The notes: generated by a model from the sequence alone, not told the origin. Counted from the first letter of the stretch, positions 36,650-47,586 are shown. The stretch: DNA of 64,000 bases from an uncultured Chloroflexia bacterium (GCA_963700285.1 CAVOXA010000010.1:352001-416000), one strand, 5' to 3'. Numbers and translations: made by a program.

Positions 36650-38251
36650 GTGCAAGCGAATCTGGTGCTCTGTAACGGGGACGTATACACGATGGATGCC
36701 GCTGCGCCGCGGGCTCGAGCAATCGCCATCGCGGGAAACCGCGTGCTGGCTGTGGGCGACGACGAGGCCATGCAGGCGCTCCTGGCGCCTGAGGGAAAGA
36801 CCATCGACCTGGGCGGGCGTACGGTCGTGCCTGGCTTCACCGACAGCCATCTGCACTTTATGTCCTATGGCCTCAGCCTGAAGGAGATCGATCTGATGGC
36901 GGTCCTCACCCTGGAGGAGGCTTTGAGGCGCGTGGCAACCCGAGCGGAGACAACGCCCGAGGGCCAGTGGCTCACTGGGCGTGGCTGGGACCACTCACTG
37001 TGGCCCGGCGGCGAATTCCCAACCCGGCAGGACCTGGACCGCGTCGCGCCCGACCACCCGGTCTGGCTCCGGCGCAAGTGCGGGCATGCGGGCTGGGCGA
37101 ATTCGCTTGCATTGGAATTGGCCGGCATCACCGCCGAGACGCCCGATCCGCCCGGGGGGGCCATCGATCACGATCCCGCCAGCGGCGAGCCCACCGGCAT
37201 CCTCAAGGAAACGGCCATGGAGCTGATGGCCGACCTGTTCGAGGATCCTTCTGTCGAGGAAGCGGTAGACGCCATCAAAGTGGCCATGGCCAACGCCCAC
37301 AAGCACGGGCTGGTCGGGGTCCATACCATGGAGGGAGCTGCTGCCTTCCGCGGCTTCCAGAAGCTGCGAGCCGACGGTGAACTCGAGATGCGGATTCTGA
37401 TGCAGATTCCCGAGGAGAACCTGGATGCCGCCATCCAGACGGGCCTGCAGAGTGGTTTTGGCGACGAGCGATTGCGCATCGGCGGGCTCAAGGCATTTGC
37501 CGATGGGGCGCTGGGCGCGCGCACGGCCTACATGCTCGAGCCCTTTGAGGGCGAACCGGACAATTGCGGAATCGCCATGTCCGAAGCCGGGCATTTGAAA
37601 GACCTTGTTGGCAAGGCCAGCCGGGGTGGACTACCCGCCTTTGTCCACGCTATCGGCGACCGGGCCAACCGCGAGGTACTGGACGCCGTCGAGGCCAGCC
37701 GTGAGGCAGGCGAGGAGCTGCACCTACGCCACCGCATCGAGCACACACAGATCCTGCACCCGGACGACATACCCCGGCTGGCAGAGCTGGGGGTCATCGC
37801 CTCCATGCAACCCATCCATGCGACGCAGGACATGCTCCTGGCCGACGCGCTTTGGGGTGCGCGCAGCGCCGGAGCCTACGCCTACCGCAGCTTGCTGGAC
37901 AGTGGTGCGGTCCTGGCTTTCGGCTCCGATTCGCCCGTAGAGGACTTGAACGTAATGGTCGGAATCCACGCCGCCGTAACCCGCCGCCGCGCCGATGGCT
38001 CACCCGGGCCTGAAGGCTGGTATCCCGAGCAGCGCCTGACCGTGGAGGAGGCTGTCTATGCCTATACCGCCGGGGCTGCATACGCAAGTGGGGAGGAGGA
38101 CATCAAGGGCACACTCTCGCCCGGCATGCTGGCCGACCTGGCCGTGCTCTCCCAGAACATCTTTGCCATCGACCCCATGGCCATTCTGGAGACCGAGGTG
38201 GTGGCCACGATGCTTGATGGCGACTTTGTCTACGCCCAAGAGGAACTCTGA
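36650..38251 (+). CDS. Amidohydrolase 3 (YtcJ/NfdA-like) family protein
   Basis: AAGGAGG RBS; PGFTDSHLH, PTGILKE, KAFADG, HAIGD, HRIEH, GSDSP. Confidence 0.9.
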   Translation: MQANLVLCNGDVYTMDAAAPRARAIAIAGNRVLAVGDDEAMQALLAPEGKTIDLGGRTVVPGFTDSHLHFMSYGLSLKEIDLMAVLTLEEALRRVATRAETTPEGQWLTGRGWDHSLWPGGEFPTRQDLDRVAPDHPVWLRRKCGHAGWANSLALELAGITAETPDPPGGAIDHDPASGEPTGILKETAMELMADLFEDPSVEEAVDAIKVAMANAHKHGLVGVHTMEGAAAFRGFQKLRADGELEMRILMQIPEENLDAAIQTGLQSGFGDERLRIGGLKAFADGALGARTAYMLEPFEGEPDNCGIAMSEAGHLKDLVGKASRGGLPAFVHAIGDRANREVLDAVEASREAGEELHLRHRIEHTQILHPDDIPRLAELGVIASMQPIHATQDMLLADALWGARSAGAYAYRSLLDSGAVLAFGSDSPVEDLNVMVGIHAAVTRRRADGSPGPEGWYPEQRLTVEEAVYAYTAGAAYASGEEDIKGTLSPGMLADLAVLSQNIFAIDPMAILETEVVATMLDGDFVYAQEEL

Positions 38252-38253
38252 TC

Positions 38254-39084
38254 ATGCCGGTAAAAGAGGCAACAGGGGGAAGCATCACCAACAAATGGTC
38301 ACGGCTGTATGGTACGCTCTACACCTTTCTGGCCAGAGCTATGCTCGACAACTTTGGCGACGAGGGCGAGTATGTGCTGCGGCAAGCCGTCCACGACTAT
38401 GGCGCCTACCGGGCTGACTGGATGCGCGCCGACCACCAGGCCCGGGGCCTGGCCCTGAACCTGGCCAACTTGCAGAACCTTGGCGACATGCCAAATACCG
38501 ACAGCCTGGAGAAGGACGGGCGTATCTGCACGCCATCCTATTTCCGCGTCACCGTGACCGAATGCACCCACAACGACACCTGGCGCGCCCTGGACAGTCT
38601 GGACGCCGGCATCATCTACTGCGCGGAGGTACACCATCCGATGTACGAGGGCTACTCCGGTGGTACTCTGGATCTGCCCGAATACCTTACCAAGGGGGAC
38701 AAGCACTGTACCTTTGTGCTCAACCAGCCTGGCGCCCCTGAGCCGGCCGCTGAGCCACAAGCCGACGCCCATCCAGAGACCAAAATCGCCCGGCTGTACG
38801 GCGTGCTCTACTGCTTTCTGGCCAGGGCGATGGTTGATGCCTTTGGCGACGAGGGGGAGAAAGCGCTGAGGCAGGCGCTCGGCGCGTACGCCCAGCATGC
38901 TGCGGATTTCCTGGATGAGGATCAACTGGCCTGCGGATGGGAATACCACGGCTCCGAACTCCATCCCATCGAGGGAAAGAGCACCATCGCAGGGGAAGCC
39001 GTATACGCGGCCTGGCAGGAAGTGGAGGGCAAAGACACCCCCCTGGGCCATATCTATTTTGACGAGATACATAGATCCAAGTAG
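38254..39084 (+). CDS. L-2-aminothiazoline-4-carboxylate hydrolase-like protein with an internal duplication
   Basis: Cys pattern VTECTH..IYCAEVH..GDKHCTF; the segment RLYG.LY.FLARAM.D.FGDEGE..LRQA occurs twice. Confidence 0.6.
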   Translation: MPVKEATGGSITNKWSRLYGTLYTFLARAMLDNFGDEGEYVLRQAVHDYGAYRADWMRADHQARGLALNLANLQNLGDMPNTDSLEKDGRICTPSYFRVTVTECTHNDTWRALDSLDAGIIYCAEVHHPMYEGYSGGTLDLPEYLTKGDKHCTFVLNQPGAPEPAAEPQADAHPETKIARLYGVLYCFLARAMVDAFGDEGEKALRQALGAYAQHAADFLDEDQLACGWEYHGSELHPIEGKSTIAGEAVYAAWQEVEGKDTPLGHIYFDEIHRSK

Positions 39085-39191
39085 GATCTGACGGGGCACT
39101 TGGCGTAGCGCTCGGGTGTGGGACACACCCGAGCCTGTTCGCCTACCCTGTCCGGTCTTGGAGCACCAAAGACATCAAGGAGAGCAATGTA

Positions 39192-40127
39192 ATGACGCCA
39201 CTGGCAGGAGAAGGTGGAGCGGGATGGCTGCCCCGGGCAGGCACATTCGTGGAGGAGATGCCCGAATTCTGGGGGGATTGGGGCGTTTCGTCGGAGTATG
39301 GGCGCCTGCATGCGGTCCTGATGCGGCGCCCGGGACCAGAACTTGATTTGGTGACCGACCCCAATGCCGCACTCTGGATGGAGGGCATGGAGGACACGGA
39401 ACTGGCCCGGACTCAGCATGGCGCCCTGGCCGATCTCTATCAGGCCCATGGCGTGACCGTGCATTTTGTGGAGAATGGGCGGCTGGACCGGCCAAACGCC
39501 CACTTTGTCCGGGACCTCATGCTTATGACACCCGAGGGGGCCATCATCACCCGCCCGGCATCCCGGCAGCGCTCGGGCGAGGAGCAGTTCGTGGCCGAGG
39601 CATTGGGCCGTCTGGGTGTACCTGTGCTCATGACGGTCCACGGCGAAGGAACCTTTGAAGGGGCAGACGTAGTGTTGGTCAATCCAGACCTGGCCATCCT
39701 AGCCGAGGGGATGCGCACCAACCCGGCTGGCTCTGCCCAGATCGAATGGGCGCTCCGTCAGGTAGGCTATAGTCAGGTGGTACGCGTACAACTGCCCCTG
39801 GGTACGGTACACCTGGACGGCGTGCTGAGCGCCGTCGATCGCGACCTGGCGCTGGTCCGCTTTCGCGAGACCCCCCTTGTGGCGGTCGAGACACTGCGCG
39901 ACCATGGGTTCCGGATCTTGGAGGTGGCGCCCGAAGATGAGCGCATGCCGGAGAATATCGTGGCACTGGCGCCAGGACACCTGGTCATGCCAACAGGCAA
40001 CCCGCGCACCAAGCAACGCCTGGAGGAGGCCGGCTGCACCATCGTCGAGATCGAGCTACGGGAGATCCAAAAGAGCGGCGGGGCGATGCACTGCATGACC
40101 GGCTTTCTGAAGCGGGACGATCCATAG
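39192..40127 (+). CDS. Amidinotransferase / dimethylargininase (pentein) family protein
   Basis: SEYGRL, FVRD, RSGE, FEGAD, HLD, GGAMHCMT. Confidence 0.88.
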   Translation: MTPLAGEGGAGWLPRAGTFVEEMPEFWGDWGVSSEYGRLHAVLMRRPGPELDLVTDPNAALWMEGMEDTELARTQHGALADLYQAHGVTVHFVENGRLDRPNAHFVRDLMLMTPEGAIITRPASRQRSGEEQFVAEALGRLGVPVLMTVHGEGTFEGADVVLVNPDLAILAEGMRTNPAGSAQIEWALRQVGYSQVVRVQLPLGTVHLDGVLSAVDRDLALVRFRETPLVAVETLRDHGFRILEVAPEDERMPENIVALAPGHLVMPTGNPRTKQRLEEAGCTIVEIELREIQKSGGAMHCMTGFLKRDDP

Positions 40128-40274
40128 CCAGATCCTTCCGCGGCTGCTCCAGGACTCAAGTGCTTCCCGGAGTCATACCGATGCCTTGGCTAGGCCATCG
40201 TCTCAGGGAAAAGCCTGCGGGAGGATATTCCAAGAATGTTCCAGGGAATACATTCTGTCCATCAGAGGTAGACT

Positions 40275-41993
40275 ATGACAACCAAGAAAATGAGCACCGG
40301 CCAGGCAGTGGTAGACGCGCTAAAAGAGGAACAGGTTGAGTTCGTCTTTGGATTGGCCGGTACGCACGTACTGGCGCTGTTCAACGCGCTGGCCGATGCG
40401 CCACAGATCCGCCACATCGTTGTGAAGCATGAAAGCAATGCCGCCTTTATGGCTGGCATGGTCGGCTACCTGACCGGTCGCCCGGGCGTTGCGATGGTCA
40501 CGGCCGGACCGGGGGCCACCAACTCGCTCAGCGGCGTGGGGCAGGCCTACGCCGCATCCTTGCCGATGGTCCACATCTCGGGAGATGTGCCGCTGAACGC
40601 CGGAAACGAAGCCTATCATGGCGTAGACCGGCGCGATTTCCTCCACCGGATGTTTCGCGACATCACCAAGTGGTCGGTGCGCGTCGAGCGGCCGGAGGAC
40701 ATCCTCGACATCCTGTCCCGGGCCTTTGCTCTGGCATGCAGCGGCCGGCCCGGACCGGTTCACGTAGATATTCCGTGGGACATTGCCGGAACCACCGAGG
40801 TAGAGTTCGCATCCTACCAACGGTCGCCGGTAGAAAAGCAAGAGCCGCCGGGAGAACTGGTACAACAGGTCTATCAGGGCCTGTTGGAGGCCCAGCGGCC
40901 CATCATCTGTGCCGGGCGGGGAGTCTTGGTCCACCACGCAGGGAAAGAACTGCTTGCCCTGGCTGAAGCGGTTTCCGCGCCCGTGATTTGCACCAACTAT
41001 GGCGATGGGGCCATGGCCCACGACCACCCGCTCTTTGTGGGCACCTTTAGCGAGTGGTCGGGAAATCCCTTTGTCTGGGAACTCTTGGAGGAATCGGACT
41101 TTTTGTTGGCAGTGGGCCTGCGGTCGGATACACTCATGACCACCATGCTGGCCGAGCACGCCCCCGAAAAGGCCATCCTGGTAGCGCTAGACGAGCCCCA
41201 CACACTAGGCCCGGTGCCAGGGCTGGCCACCGTGGTTCCCAGTGACACCAAGCTGTTTCTGTCGTACCTCCTGGCCCACGCTGACGAGCAGGGCCAGTCG
41301 TGGCACAAGTCGGGAGATCCGGCCACACTGAACAGAATCAGCCAGCACTGGGGGGCCTGGGAGAAGGGCCTGGCGACCCATATGGCGGCCTACGACGAGG
41401 TACAACCTCTGCACTTTGGCCGGGTAGGCATGGAACTGGCCAGGGCATTGGACGAGGATGCCATTTTGGTGGGCGGTGTAGGCAATCATACCATCTGGGC
41501 ACGCACAATGATGCCCATTCGAAACCGCGAGAGCTTTATTGAGGAAGCTTCCTGGGGCACCATGGGCAGCGAGCTGCCGGGCGGCATCGCCGCCAAGTTG
41601 GTCTACCCAGACCGTCAGGTGGTGGTCATAACGGGTGACGGCTCACTGCTGATGGCTGCGCCTGATTTTGTGACGGCCGTGGAGGCAGGAGCCAACATCC
41701 TGGTAGTAGTGCTCAATGACAGTCGTTACGGCATCATCAATGCCATCCAACAGCGGCAATTCCAGCGTTCCTATGGCGATGAGATTGGGACCATCAACTT
41801 TGCCGGCTATGCCCAGAGCTTTGGCGCGACCGGTATCCGGGTGGAGTCTCCCGAAGAACTGCCGGATGCCGTAACCCGCTCTCTGGCCTTGAGCGCAAAG
41901 ACGCCGGTGATCCTCGATGTGGTGTGCGACTACAGGTACCGCTGGCCCAACCGGGAAGCCATCCTGACCTCTGGAGGGAGTGACAGAGAATGA
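40275..41993 (+). CDS. ThDP-dependent enzyme (ALS-like)
   Basis: VFGLAG, KHESNAAFMA, GPGATN, GRPGPVH, GDGS...LND. Confidence 0.88.
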   Translation: MTTKKMSTGQAVVDALKEEQVEFVFGLAGTHVLALFNALADAPQIRHIVVKHESNAAFMAGMVGYLTGRPGVAMVTAGPGATNSLSGVGQAYAASLPMVHISGDVPLNAGNEAYHGVDRRDFLHRMFRDITKWSVRVERPEDILDILSRAFALACSGRPGPVHVDIPWDIAGTTEVEFASYQRSPVEKQEPPGELVQQVYQGLLEAQRPIICAGRGVLVHHAGKELLALAEAVSAPVICTNYGDGAMAHDHPLFVGTFSEWSGNPFVWELLEESDFLLAVGLRSDTLMTTMLAEHAPEKAILVALDEPHTLGPVPGLATVVPSDTKLFLSYLLAHADEQGQSWHKSGDPATLNRISQHWGAWEKGLATHMAAYDEVQPLHFGRVGMELARALDEDAILVGGVGNHTIWARTMMPIRNRESFIEEASWGTMGSELPGGIAAKLVYPDRQVVVITGDGSLLMAAPDFVTAVEAGANILVVVLNDSRYGIINAIQQRQFQRSYGDEIGTINFAGYAQSFGATGIRVESPEELPDAVTRSLALSAKTPVILDVVCDYRYRWPNREAILTSGGSDRE

Positions 41994-43150
41994 AACTGGC
42001 CCAACGATTACAGGAACAAAAAGACATCCACTGGTTCACTGTCGGCAGACTGATCCGGGCCAAACAAGCCGAAGGCGTGAAAACCATCTCGCTGGCATCG
42101 GGAGATCCGGACCTGCCAGCGCCGCCAGCAGTGGTGGAAGCCCTCATAGAAGCTGCATCGGAGCCAACCTACTTGCGCTATCCGTTCAGCTTTCAAACGG
42201 AACTGAGCCAGGCCGTCGCGACCTGGTACCGCCGCCGGTTCGACGTTGAGCTGGACCCGGTTACAGAGATATTTCCTCAGGCTGGCTCACAGCAGGCGAT
42301 CGGCAATCTCGGCCTGGCCGTTATGGAGCCAGGAACGGTGGCCCTGGTGCCCGATCCAGCCTATGGCAGTTACGCCCGTGCCAGCAAGTTTGCCGGAGGT
42401 GAGGTCTACCGATTGCATCTATTGGAGGGACACGGCTACCTGCCCAACCTGTCGGACATCCCTGAGGATGTACTGGCCCGGGCGCGCCTGCTGTGGCTAA
42501 ACTATCCCAACAACCCCACCGGGGCAGTGGCACCCCTGTCTTTCTTCCGGGAAGTCGTAGACTTTGCCCGGCAGTACGAAATCCTGGTCTGCCACGACAA
42601 TGCCTATTCCGACGTGACCTTTGACGGCTACGTCGCTCCCAGCTTCCTGGCAGTAGAGGGCGCCAGGGAGGTTGGCATCGAGCTGAACACTCTGAGCAAG
42701 TCGCACAACATGGCCGGCTGGCGGGTGGGTGCTGCCGTGGGCAAACCGGAGGTCCTGACGGCGTTGGCAGAAGTAAGCTTTAACACCAGTATGGGGCTCT
42801 TTGGCCCATCCCAACTGGCCGCCATCGAGGCGCTGACCGGTGACCAGAGCTGGAGAGTAGAGCGGGATCAGATCTATCACGAGCGGCGCGATATCGTCGT
42901 GCAGGGCCTGCGGGCCATCGGCCTAGAGACGGACTATCCAAAAGGAACGCTCTATGTCTGGGCCAAGCTGCCGGAGCACTATCCGGACTCGCTGGAATTC
43001 TCCAAGTGGGTGCTGGATCAGACTGGTGTATGGCTCACGTCCGGCATCTTTTTTGGACAGGGAGGCGAGGGCTACATACGCGCCAGCCTCACCCTACCGA
43101 CAGAGGAGCTCTGCGAGGCGATGGAGCGGCTGCAGACACTCGAACTCTAG
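41990..43150 (+). CDS. PLP-dependent aminotransferase class I/II (LL-DAP/MtnE-like)
   Basis: LNYPNNPTG, HDNAY, LSKSHNMAGWRVG, GEGYIR. Confidence 0.9.
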   Translation: MKLAQRLQEQKDIHWFTVGRLIRAKQAEGVKTISLASGDPDLPAPPAVVEALIEAASEPTYLRYPFSFQTELSQAVATWYRRRFDVELDPVTEIFPQAGSQQAIGNLGLAVMEPGTVALVPDPAYGSYARASKFAGGEVYRLHLLEGHGYLPNLSDIPEDVLARARLLWLNYPNNPTGAVAPLSFFREVVDFARQYEILVCHDNAYSDVTFDGYVAPSFLAVEGAREVGIELNTLSKSHNMAGWRVGAAVGKPEVLTALAEVSFNTSMGLFGPSQLAAIEALTGDQSWRVERDQIYHERRDIVVQGLRAIGLETDYPKGTLYVWAKLPEHYPDSLEFSKWVLDQTGVWLTSGIFFGQGGEGYIRASLTLPTEELCEAMERLQTLEL

Positions 43151-43168
43151 TTCAGAAGTAGCAACGGC

Positions 43169-43202
43169 AAAGGGCGATGGAAGCTACCCCATCGCCCTTT
43201 TT
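43169..43202. terminator. Intrinsic terminator between convergent operons, probably bidirectional
   Basis: AAAGGGCGATGG / CCATCGCCCTTT arms followed by a T-run. Confidence 0.8.
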
Positions 43203-43217
43203 CTCTTGGGCAGCCAC

Positions 43218-44072
43218 TCAGGGCAGCATCAGACCAAAACCCTCAAAGCGGTATACACGCGCGCCCTCTTCCAGTTCGTAGGGCGCCTGGCCGGCAACGA
43301 TCTGCTCAAAGGCATCCTGCACGCGCTCCAGCGCATCCTTGGGCACATAGGCCTCGTTGTGAGCCGGGCAGAGGTGACTTACCCCCGGCAACAGGCCGAC
43401 CATGTGGGCCATCGATCGCCGGTAGGTCTCAAAATCAGAGTCCTCAAAGTGACCGTACATCATGCCGGGGTAGAAGGCGTCACCGGTGAAAAGCAAGTCG
43501 GCGCGGCTGTCCAGCAGACAGATGCTGCCAGAACTGTGACCAGGCGTGTGGTGCACGGTCAATATCCGGCCACCCAGATCGATGGTATCCAGGTGCTGTA
43601 ACCGCTTCGTAACCAGCGACGGCCGGATCTCATAGGCCGCAGGGTCAAATCCCTGCGGCAACTCCGTGTAGGAGCCTGGTTCTAGATAATGCTCGCACTC
43701 GGCGCGCGTTTTCCCCCCTTCGATGCGGGCTATCTCCACGTCATGGTCATAGGCCCACACCTCAGCGAAGCGATAGTTGTCGCCCACGTGGTCATAGTGG
43801 CCGTGGCTGTTGACCACCACCACCGGTAGCTCTGTGAAGTATTCGACTTCAGCCTGAATGTTGCCGATGCCCATGCCGGTATCGAGCAGGATGCCGCGCT
43901 CGCTACCCAGGATCAGGTATGAGATTACTTCCTCATAGTGGCTTGGCTCCAATAGGGCAAAGGTACCCTCGCCCACCAGGTAGACCTCGAACCATGGTGA
44001 GACACTCTCCAGTTTCTCCAGTCTCTGATTGCCCGGCCGGGGCAATCCATCAGGCCAACTGCTGTAGTGCAT
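43218..44072 (-). CDS. Metallo-beta-lactamase-fold hydrolase
   Basis: LLDTG, SHGHYDH, TPGHS, FTGD, PAH. Confidence 0.9.
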   Translation of the reverse strand: MHYSSWPDGLPRPGNQRLEKLESVSPWFEVYLVGEGTFALLEPSHYEEVISYLILGSERGILLDTGMGIGNIQAEVEYFTELPVVVVNSHGHYDHVGDNYRFAEVWAYDHDVEIARIEGGKTRAECEHYLEPGSYTELPQGFDPAAYEIRPSLVTKRLQHLDTIDLGGRILTVHHTPGHSSGSICLLDSRADLLFTGDAFYPGMMYGHFEDSDFETYRRSMAHMVGLLPGVSHLCPAHNEAYVPKDALERVQDAFEQIVAGQAPYELEEGARVYRFEGFGLMLP

Positions 44073-44111
44073 GTTCAATCTCCTCGTATCCTATCTGGTT
44101 TACTGTATCGA

Positions 44112-45797
44112 TCAAGACAGTGCCGCAGCAACGCCAACCCCCAGCCCTACTCCCTCACGCTTCCAGAGAACAGAACCATCCACGATGGTCACGTCCACCT
44201 GGATGTCCTTGATCTCTTCCTCGGGCACAGCAAAATAGTCGCGGTCCAACACCGCCATGTCGGCCACTTTTCCAACCTCGATGGTGCCTTTGAGGTTCTC
44301 TTCCCTGGTCAGCCAGGTCCCGCCTGCGGTATAGGTCCTCAGCGCCTCCTCACGGCTGATGGCCTGCAGCGGCGCGATATCCTGGCCAAGCCTGTTCTTG
44401 CGCGAGATTAGTGCATAGAGAGAGACAAAAGGATTGGCGGACACGGTGCTGGTCACATCGGAACTGGAAGTGACTACGATGCCGTTGTCCAGGTACTTGC
44501 GCACCGGTTTGTAGTTAAGGGCCCGCCGCTGACCCACGTCCCGGAAGAGGAGTTCACCCTCCCAGTAGATAAAGGTGGGCTGGAGCACCGCGGCAATGTT
44601 ATAGGCGGCCATCTGCTCCAGAGAGTTGGCAGTAGGAAAGTAGGCATGGATGATGTTGTGCCGCGCGTCAGGATTGGGCACGTCGCGGGCTACCCGGGCA
44701 AAGGTATCCACGGCCATGTCCTGGGCGTGGTCGCCACAGCAGTGGATACCTACATCCCAACCCAGCTCCTGGGCGGTGCGAAAATAGCGATACAGCGCCT
44801 CCAGCTCGATGCGATTGAAGGCGACTAGTTCGGTATCGCCTTCGTAGGGCTCGTACATGAAGGCTGTATGCGGTGTGGTTCCGCCGTCAATGGCCATCTT
44901 GAGGCCGCCGATGCGTAACCACTCGTCGCCAAAGCCACTGTAGAGGCCCAACTCCCGGGCACGGTAGTCCAGGTCCATTTCCACTTCGTCATCAAAGAAG
45001 CCGTGCCAACTGGGCATCAGGTTGACGCGCACCGACAGTTTCCCATCGTCGTAGAAAGACTGGAAAGCACGGATCTCTGCCGGGCGCAAACCTGGTTCGA
45101 CGACGCTGGTGATGCCAAAGCGGTGCATCTCCCCACAGGCCAGCCTCAGCGATTCCTTCATCTGCTCCAACGTCGGTTTTGGGATCAAGGGACGCATCAA
45201 GTTTTTGGCACTGGCGCGCAGCAGGCCGTTGAGTTCCCCGTCAGCATCGCGCTCGACCTTGCCTCCCTCCGGATCGGGCGTGTCACGGTTGATACCAGCC
45301 ATGTCCAGGGCATAACTATTGACCACGTCCGTGTTAAAGAAACGCATCAGTATGACGGGGTGATCTGAAGTAGCGGGATCGATGTCCCGGCGCGTGGGCA
45401 GCCGTCCATCGGCAAACATGCCCTCGTTCCAGCCCTGGCCGATGATCCACTCCCCGGGCGGCGTGTCCTTGGCCCGCTCGCGGACCAGCTCCATCATCTC
45501 TTCTGGGGACTCGCACTCATCCAAGCGGATCATCGATAGCTTGGCTCCAACCTCCATAAAGTGGTTGTGGCTGTCAAAGATGCCCGGGATGACGGTCCGC
45601 CCACCCAGCGGCAGGCGCTCTGTGTTGGGTCCTGCCAGCGCCTCGACCTCTGCGTCTCCACCCACGGCTACGATGCGCCCATCCTTCACAGCTACGGCCT
45701 CGGCAACGCTACCACAGGTAGCTCCGCTAGTCACGTCCATCGTACAGATCTTGGCATTGAATATGACTAGATCTGGAGCCAACTCTTTCATCTCCAT
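44112..45797 (-). CDS. Amidohydrolase 3 (YtcJ-like), paralog of 36650..38251
   Basis: PGIFDSHNH, NGLLR, KMAIDG, HCCGD, SSD, GTIEVGKVAD. Confidence 0.88.
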   Translation of the reverse strand: MEMKELAPDLVIFNAKICTMDVTSGATCGSVAEAVAVKDGRIVAVGGDAEVEALAGPNTERLPLGGRTVIPGIFDSHNHFMEVGAKLSMIRLDECESPEEMMELVRERAKDTPPGEWIIGQGWNEGMFADGRLPTRRDIDPATSDHPVILMRFFNTDVVNSYALDMAGINRDTPDPEGGKVERDADGELNGLLRASAKNLMRPLIPKPTLEQMKESLRLACGEMHRFGITSVVEPGLRPAEIRAFQSFYDDGKLSVRVNLMPSWHGFFDDEVEMDLDYRARELGLYSGFGDEWLRIGGLKMAIDGGTTPHTAFMYEPYEGDTELVAFNRIELEALYRYFRTAQELGWDVGIHCCGDHAQDMAVDTFARVARDVPNPDARHNIIHAYFPTANSLEQMAAYNIAAVLQPTFIYWEGELLFRDVGQRRALNYKPVRKYLDNGIVVTSSSDVTSTVSANPFVSLYALISRKNRLGQDIAPLQAISREEALRTYTAGGTWLTREENLKGTIEVGKVADMAVLDRDYFAVPEEEIKDIQVDVTIVDGSVLWKREGVGLGVGVAAALS

Positions 45798-45909
45798 CGT
45801 CCACTCTCCTATCTATTGTTTGACCCGCCCTGCCACAGATATGACCGATTATCTGCAACCAGCTACTGGGTCAGGGCAGGTGAGTACCCGCTGCGTGTCC
45901 GCCGCCCTC

Positions 45910-47586
45910 CTACTCCAGGTCATAGTAGGCATAAAAGCCTTCCGAGAAATCCCAACCGTCGACAGCAAAGGCAACCATCGCTGGCTGGCCTGCATCGTTG
46001 GCTCGCAGCGCGCGCTCAAGTGCGCCTCTCACCTCCTCGGGCGCCTCCACCCGCTCACCATAGCAGCCATAAGCCCGCGCCAGTTGCACAAAATCAGGCT
46101 GTGCCTCGAAATCGGTAGAAATATAGCGCTCGCCCAAGTTCCTTTGACCAAACTTGACCCAGCCCAGGCTGCGGTTGTCGAGCACCACCCAGGTGACTGG
46201 CGTACCATACTGCACCGCCGTGGGCAGCTCCTGGTTGTGCATTTGGAAGGCGCCGTCGCCGGTAACGCACACCACCCTTTTCTCTGGAAGGGCCAGCTTG
46301 GCTCCTATTGCTCCGGAAACGCCCATGCCCATGCAGGTCTGCTCGCCGGGGGCCACAACGGCACTGGCGCCTAGTACCTTGTAATAGGGGCTGTAGTAGG
46401 ACCAGAGGTCCTGGCTGCCGTTTTCATGAACCAAGACCGTGTTGTCGCCAAAGACCTGGTTGACCTCGTAGAGCACTCGCTTGGTTTTTAGCGGCACCTC
46501 ATCCGTCTGTCCTTCGGCGGCAACCTCGGCGGCGTACGAGTGCTTGGCCTGGGCCCACTCCTCGCCACGCGCCTTCCAGCCAGTCTTTGCCTGTTCCTTC
46601 AGAATGGCCAACAGGTCAGTCAGAACCAGTCTCGCGTCGCCCACGACGGCTGCATCGGGGATCCAGTTGCGTCCGATCTCAAAAGGCTCGATATCGATCT
46701 GCACAAACTTGGCCCCCGGCGGAAAGATGCGCCAGGCGCCCGTCTGGAACTCTTCGTTGCGCGAGCCAACAGTCACCAGCAGATCGGCCTCTTCAAAGGC
46801 CTGCATGCCCAGACGCGTGCGATAGAGCCCCACCTGGCCGATGGACAGGCCATGGTCCTCCGAGATCAGGCCCCGGCCGGAAGGCGTGGTCATCACTGGC
46901 ATGCCCAGCAGCTCTGCCAGGGCTTGGAGTTCAGCGTGAGCCCCAGAACGGAGGGCACCACCACCGGCCACGATGAGCGGGCGCTGCGCCTGAACCAGGA
47001 GTTCTGCTGCCTGCTGGATCCGGGCTGGGTCGCCCGCCGAGCGGATGTAGCGCTCGGCCGGGACATAGTCTGCCATCTCCATCTCGGCCTTGCCGACCTC
47101 GACCGGGATCTCGACAAAGACAGGGCCGGGTTGGCCGTTGGTCGCCAGAGAGAAGGCGCGGCGCATGGCCCAGGGGACTCTATCCGCATAGGGAACGCGC
47201 ACCGCCCATTTGGTCACGGGCTCCATGATCCCCACCTGATCCGTCTCCTGGAAAGCGCCCTGGCCATAGGTATGCCCGCTGATGCCGGTACAGGGAGCGA
47301 TCACCGGTGCACAGGCGGCCAGAGCCTCGAGCATTGGCGGCACCAGGTTAGCAATCCCCGGTCCCGGGCTGGCAAAGCACACGGCCGGCTCCCCGGTCAG
47401 AAGTGCATAGGCCATGGCCATGAAACCACCGGCTGTTTCGTGGCGCACCAGCACCGGCTTGATGGCCGGCTCATCATAGAGTGCATCGTACAGGCAGGTT
47501 GGACTCCCCGGAAGGCCAAAGACATATTTCACCCCTTCGGCCTTCAGAGCCTTGACTACCATCTGCCATCCTGTCATCTTTTTCAT
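45910..47586 (-). CDS. ThDP-dependent enzyme (ALS-like)
   Basis: VFGLPG, RHE, PGPG, FQE, GDGAF...LDN. Confidence 0.88.
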   Translation of the reverse strand: MKKMTGWQMVVKALKAEGVKYVFGLPGSPTCLYDALYDEPAIKPVLVRHETAGGFMAMAYALLTGEPAVCFASPGPGIANLVPPMLEALAACAPVIAPCTGISGHTYGQGAFQETDQVGIMEPVTKWAVRVPYADRVPWAMRRAFSLATNGQPGPVFVEIPVEVGKAEMEMADYVPAERYIRSAGDPARIQQAAELLVQAQRPLIVAGGGALRSGAHAELQALAELLGMPVMTTPSGRGLISEDHGLSIGQVGLYRTRLGMQAFEEADLLVTVGSRNEEFQTGAWRIFPPGAKFVQIDIEPFEIGRNWIPDAAVVGDARLVLTDLLAILKEQAKTGWKARGEEWAQAKHSYAAEVAAEGQTDEVPLKTKRVLYEVNQVFGDNTVLVHENGSQDLWSYYSPYYKVLGASAVVAPGEQTCMGMGVSGAIGAKLALPEKRVVCVTGDGAFQMHNQELPTAVQYGTPVTWVVLDNRSLGWVKFGQRNLGERYISTDFEAQPDFVQLARAYGCYGERVEAPEEVRGALERALRANDAGQPAMVAFAVDGWDFSEGFYAYYDLE

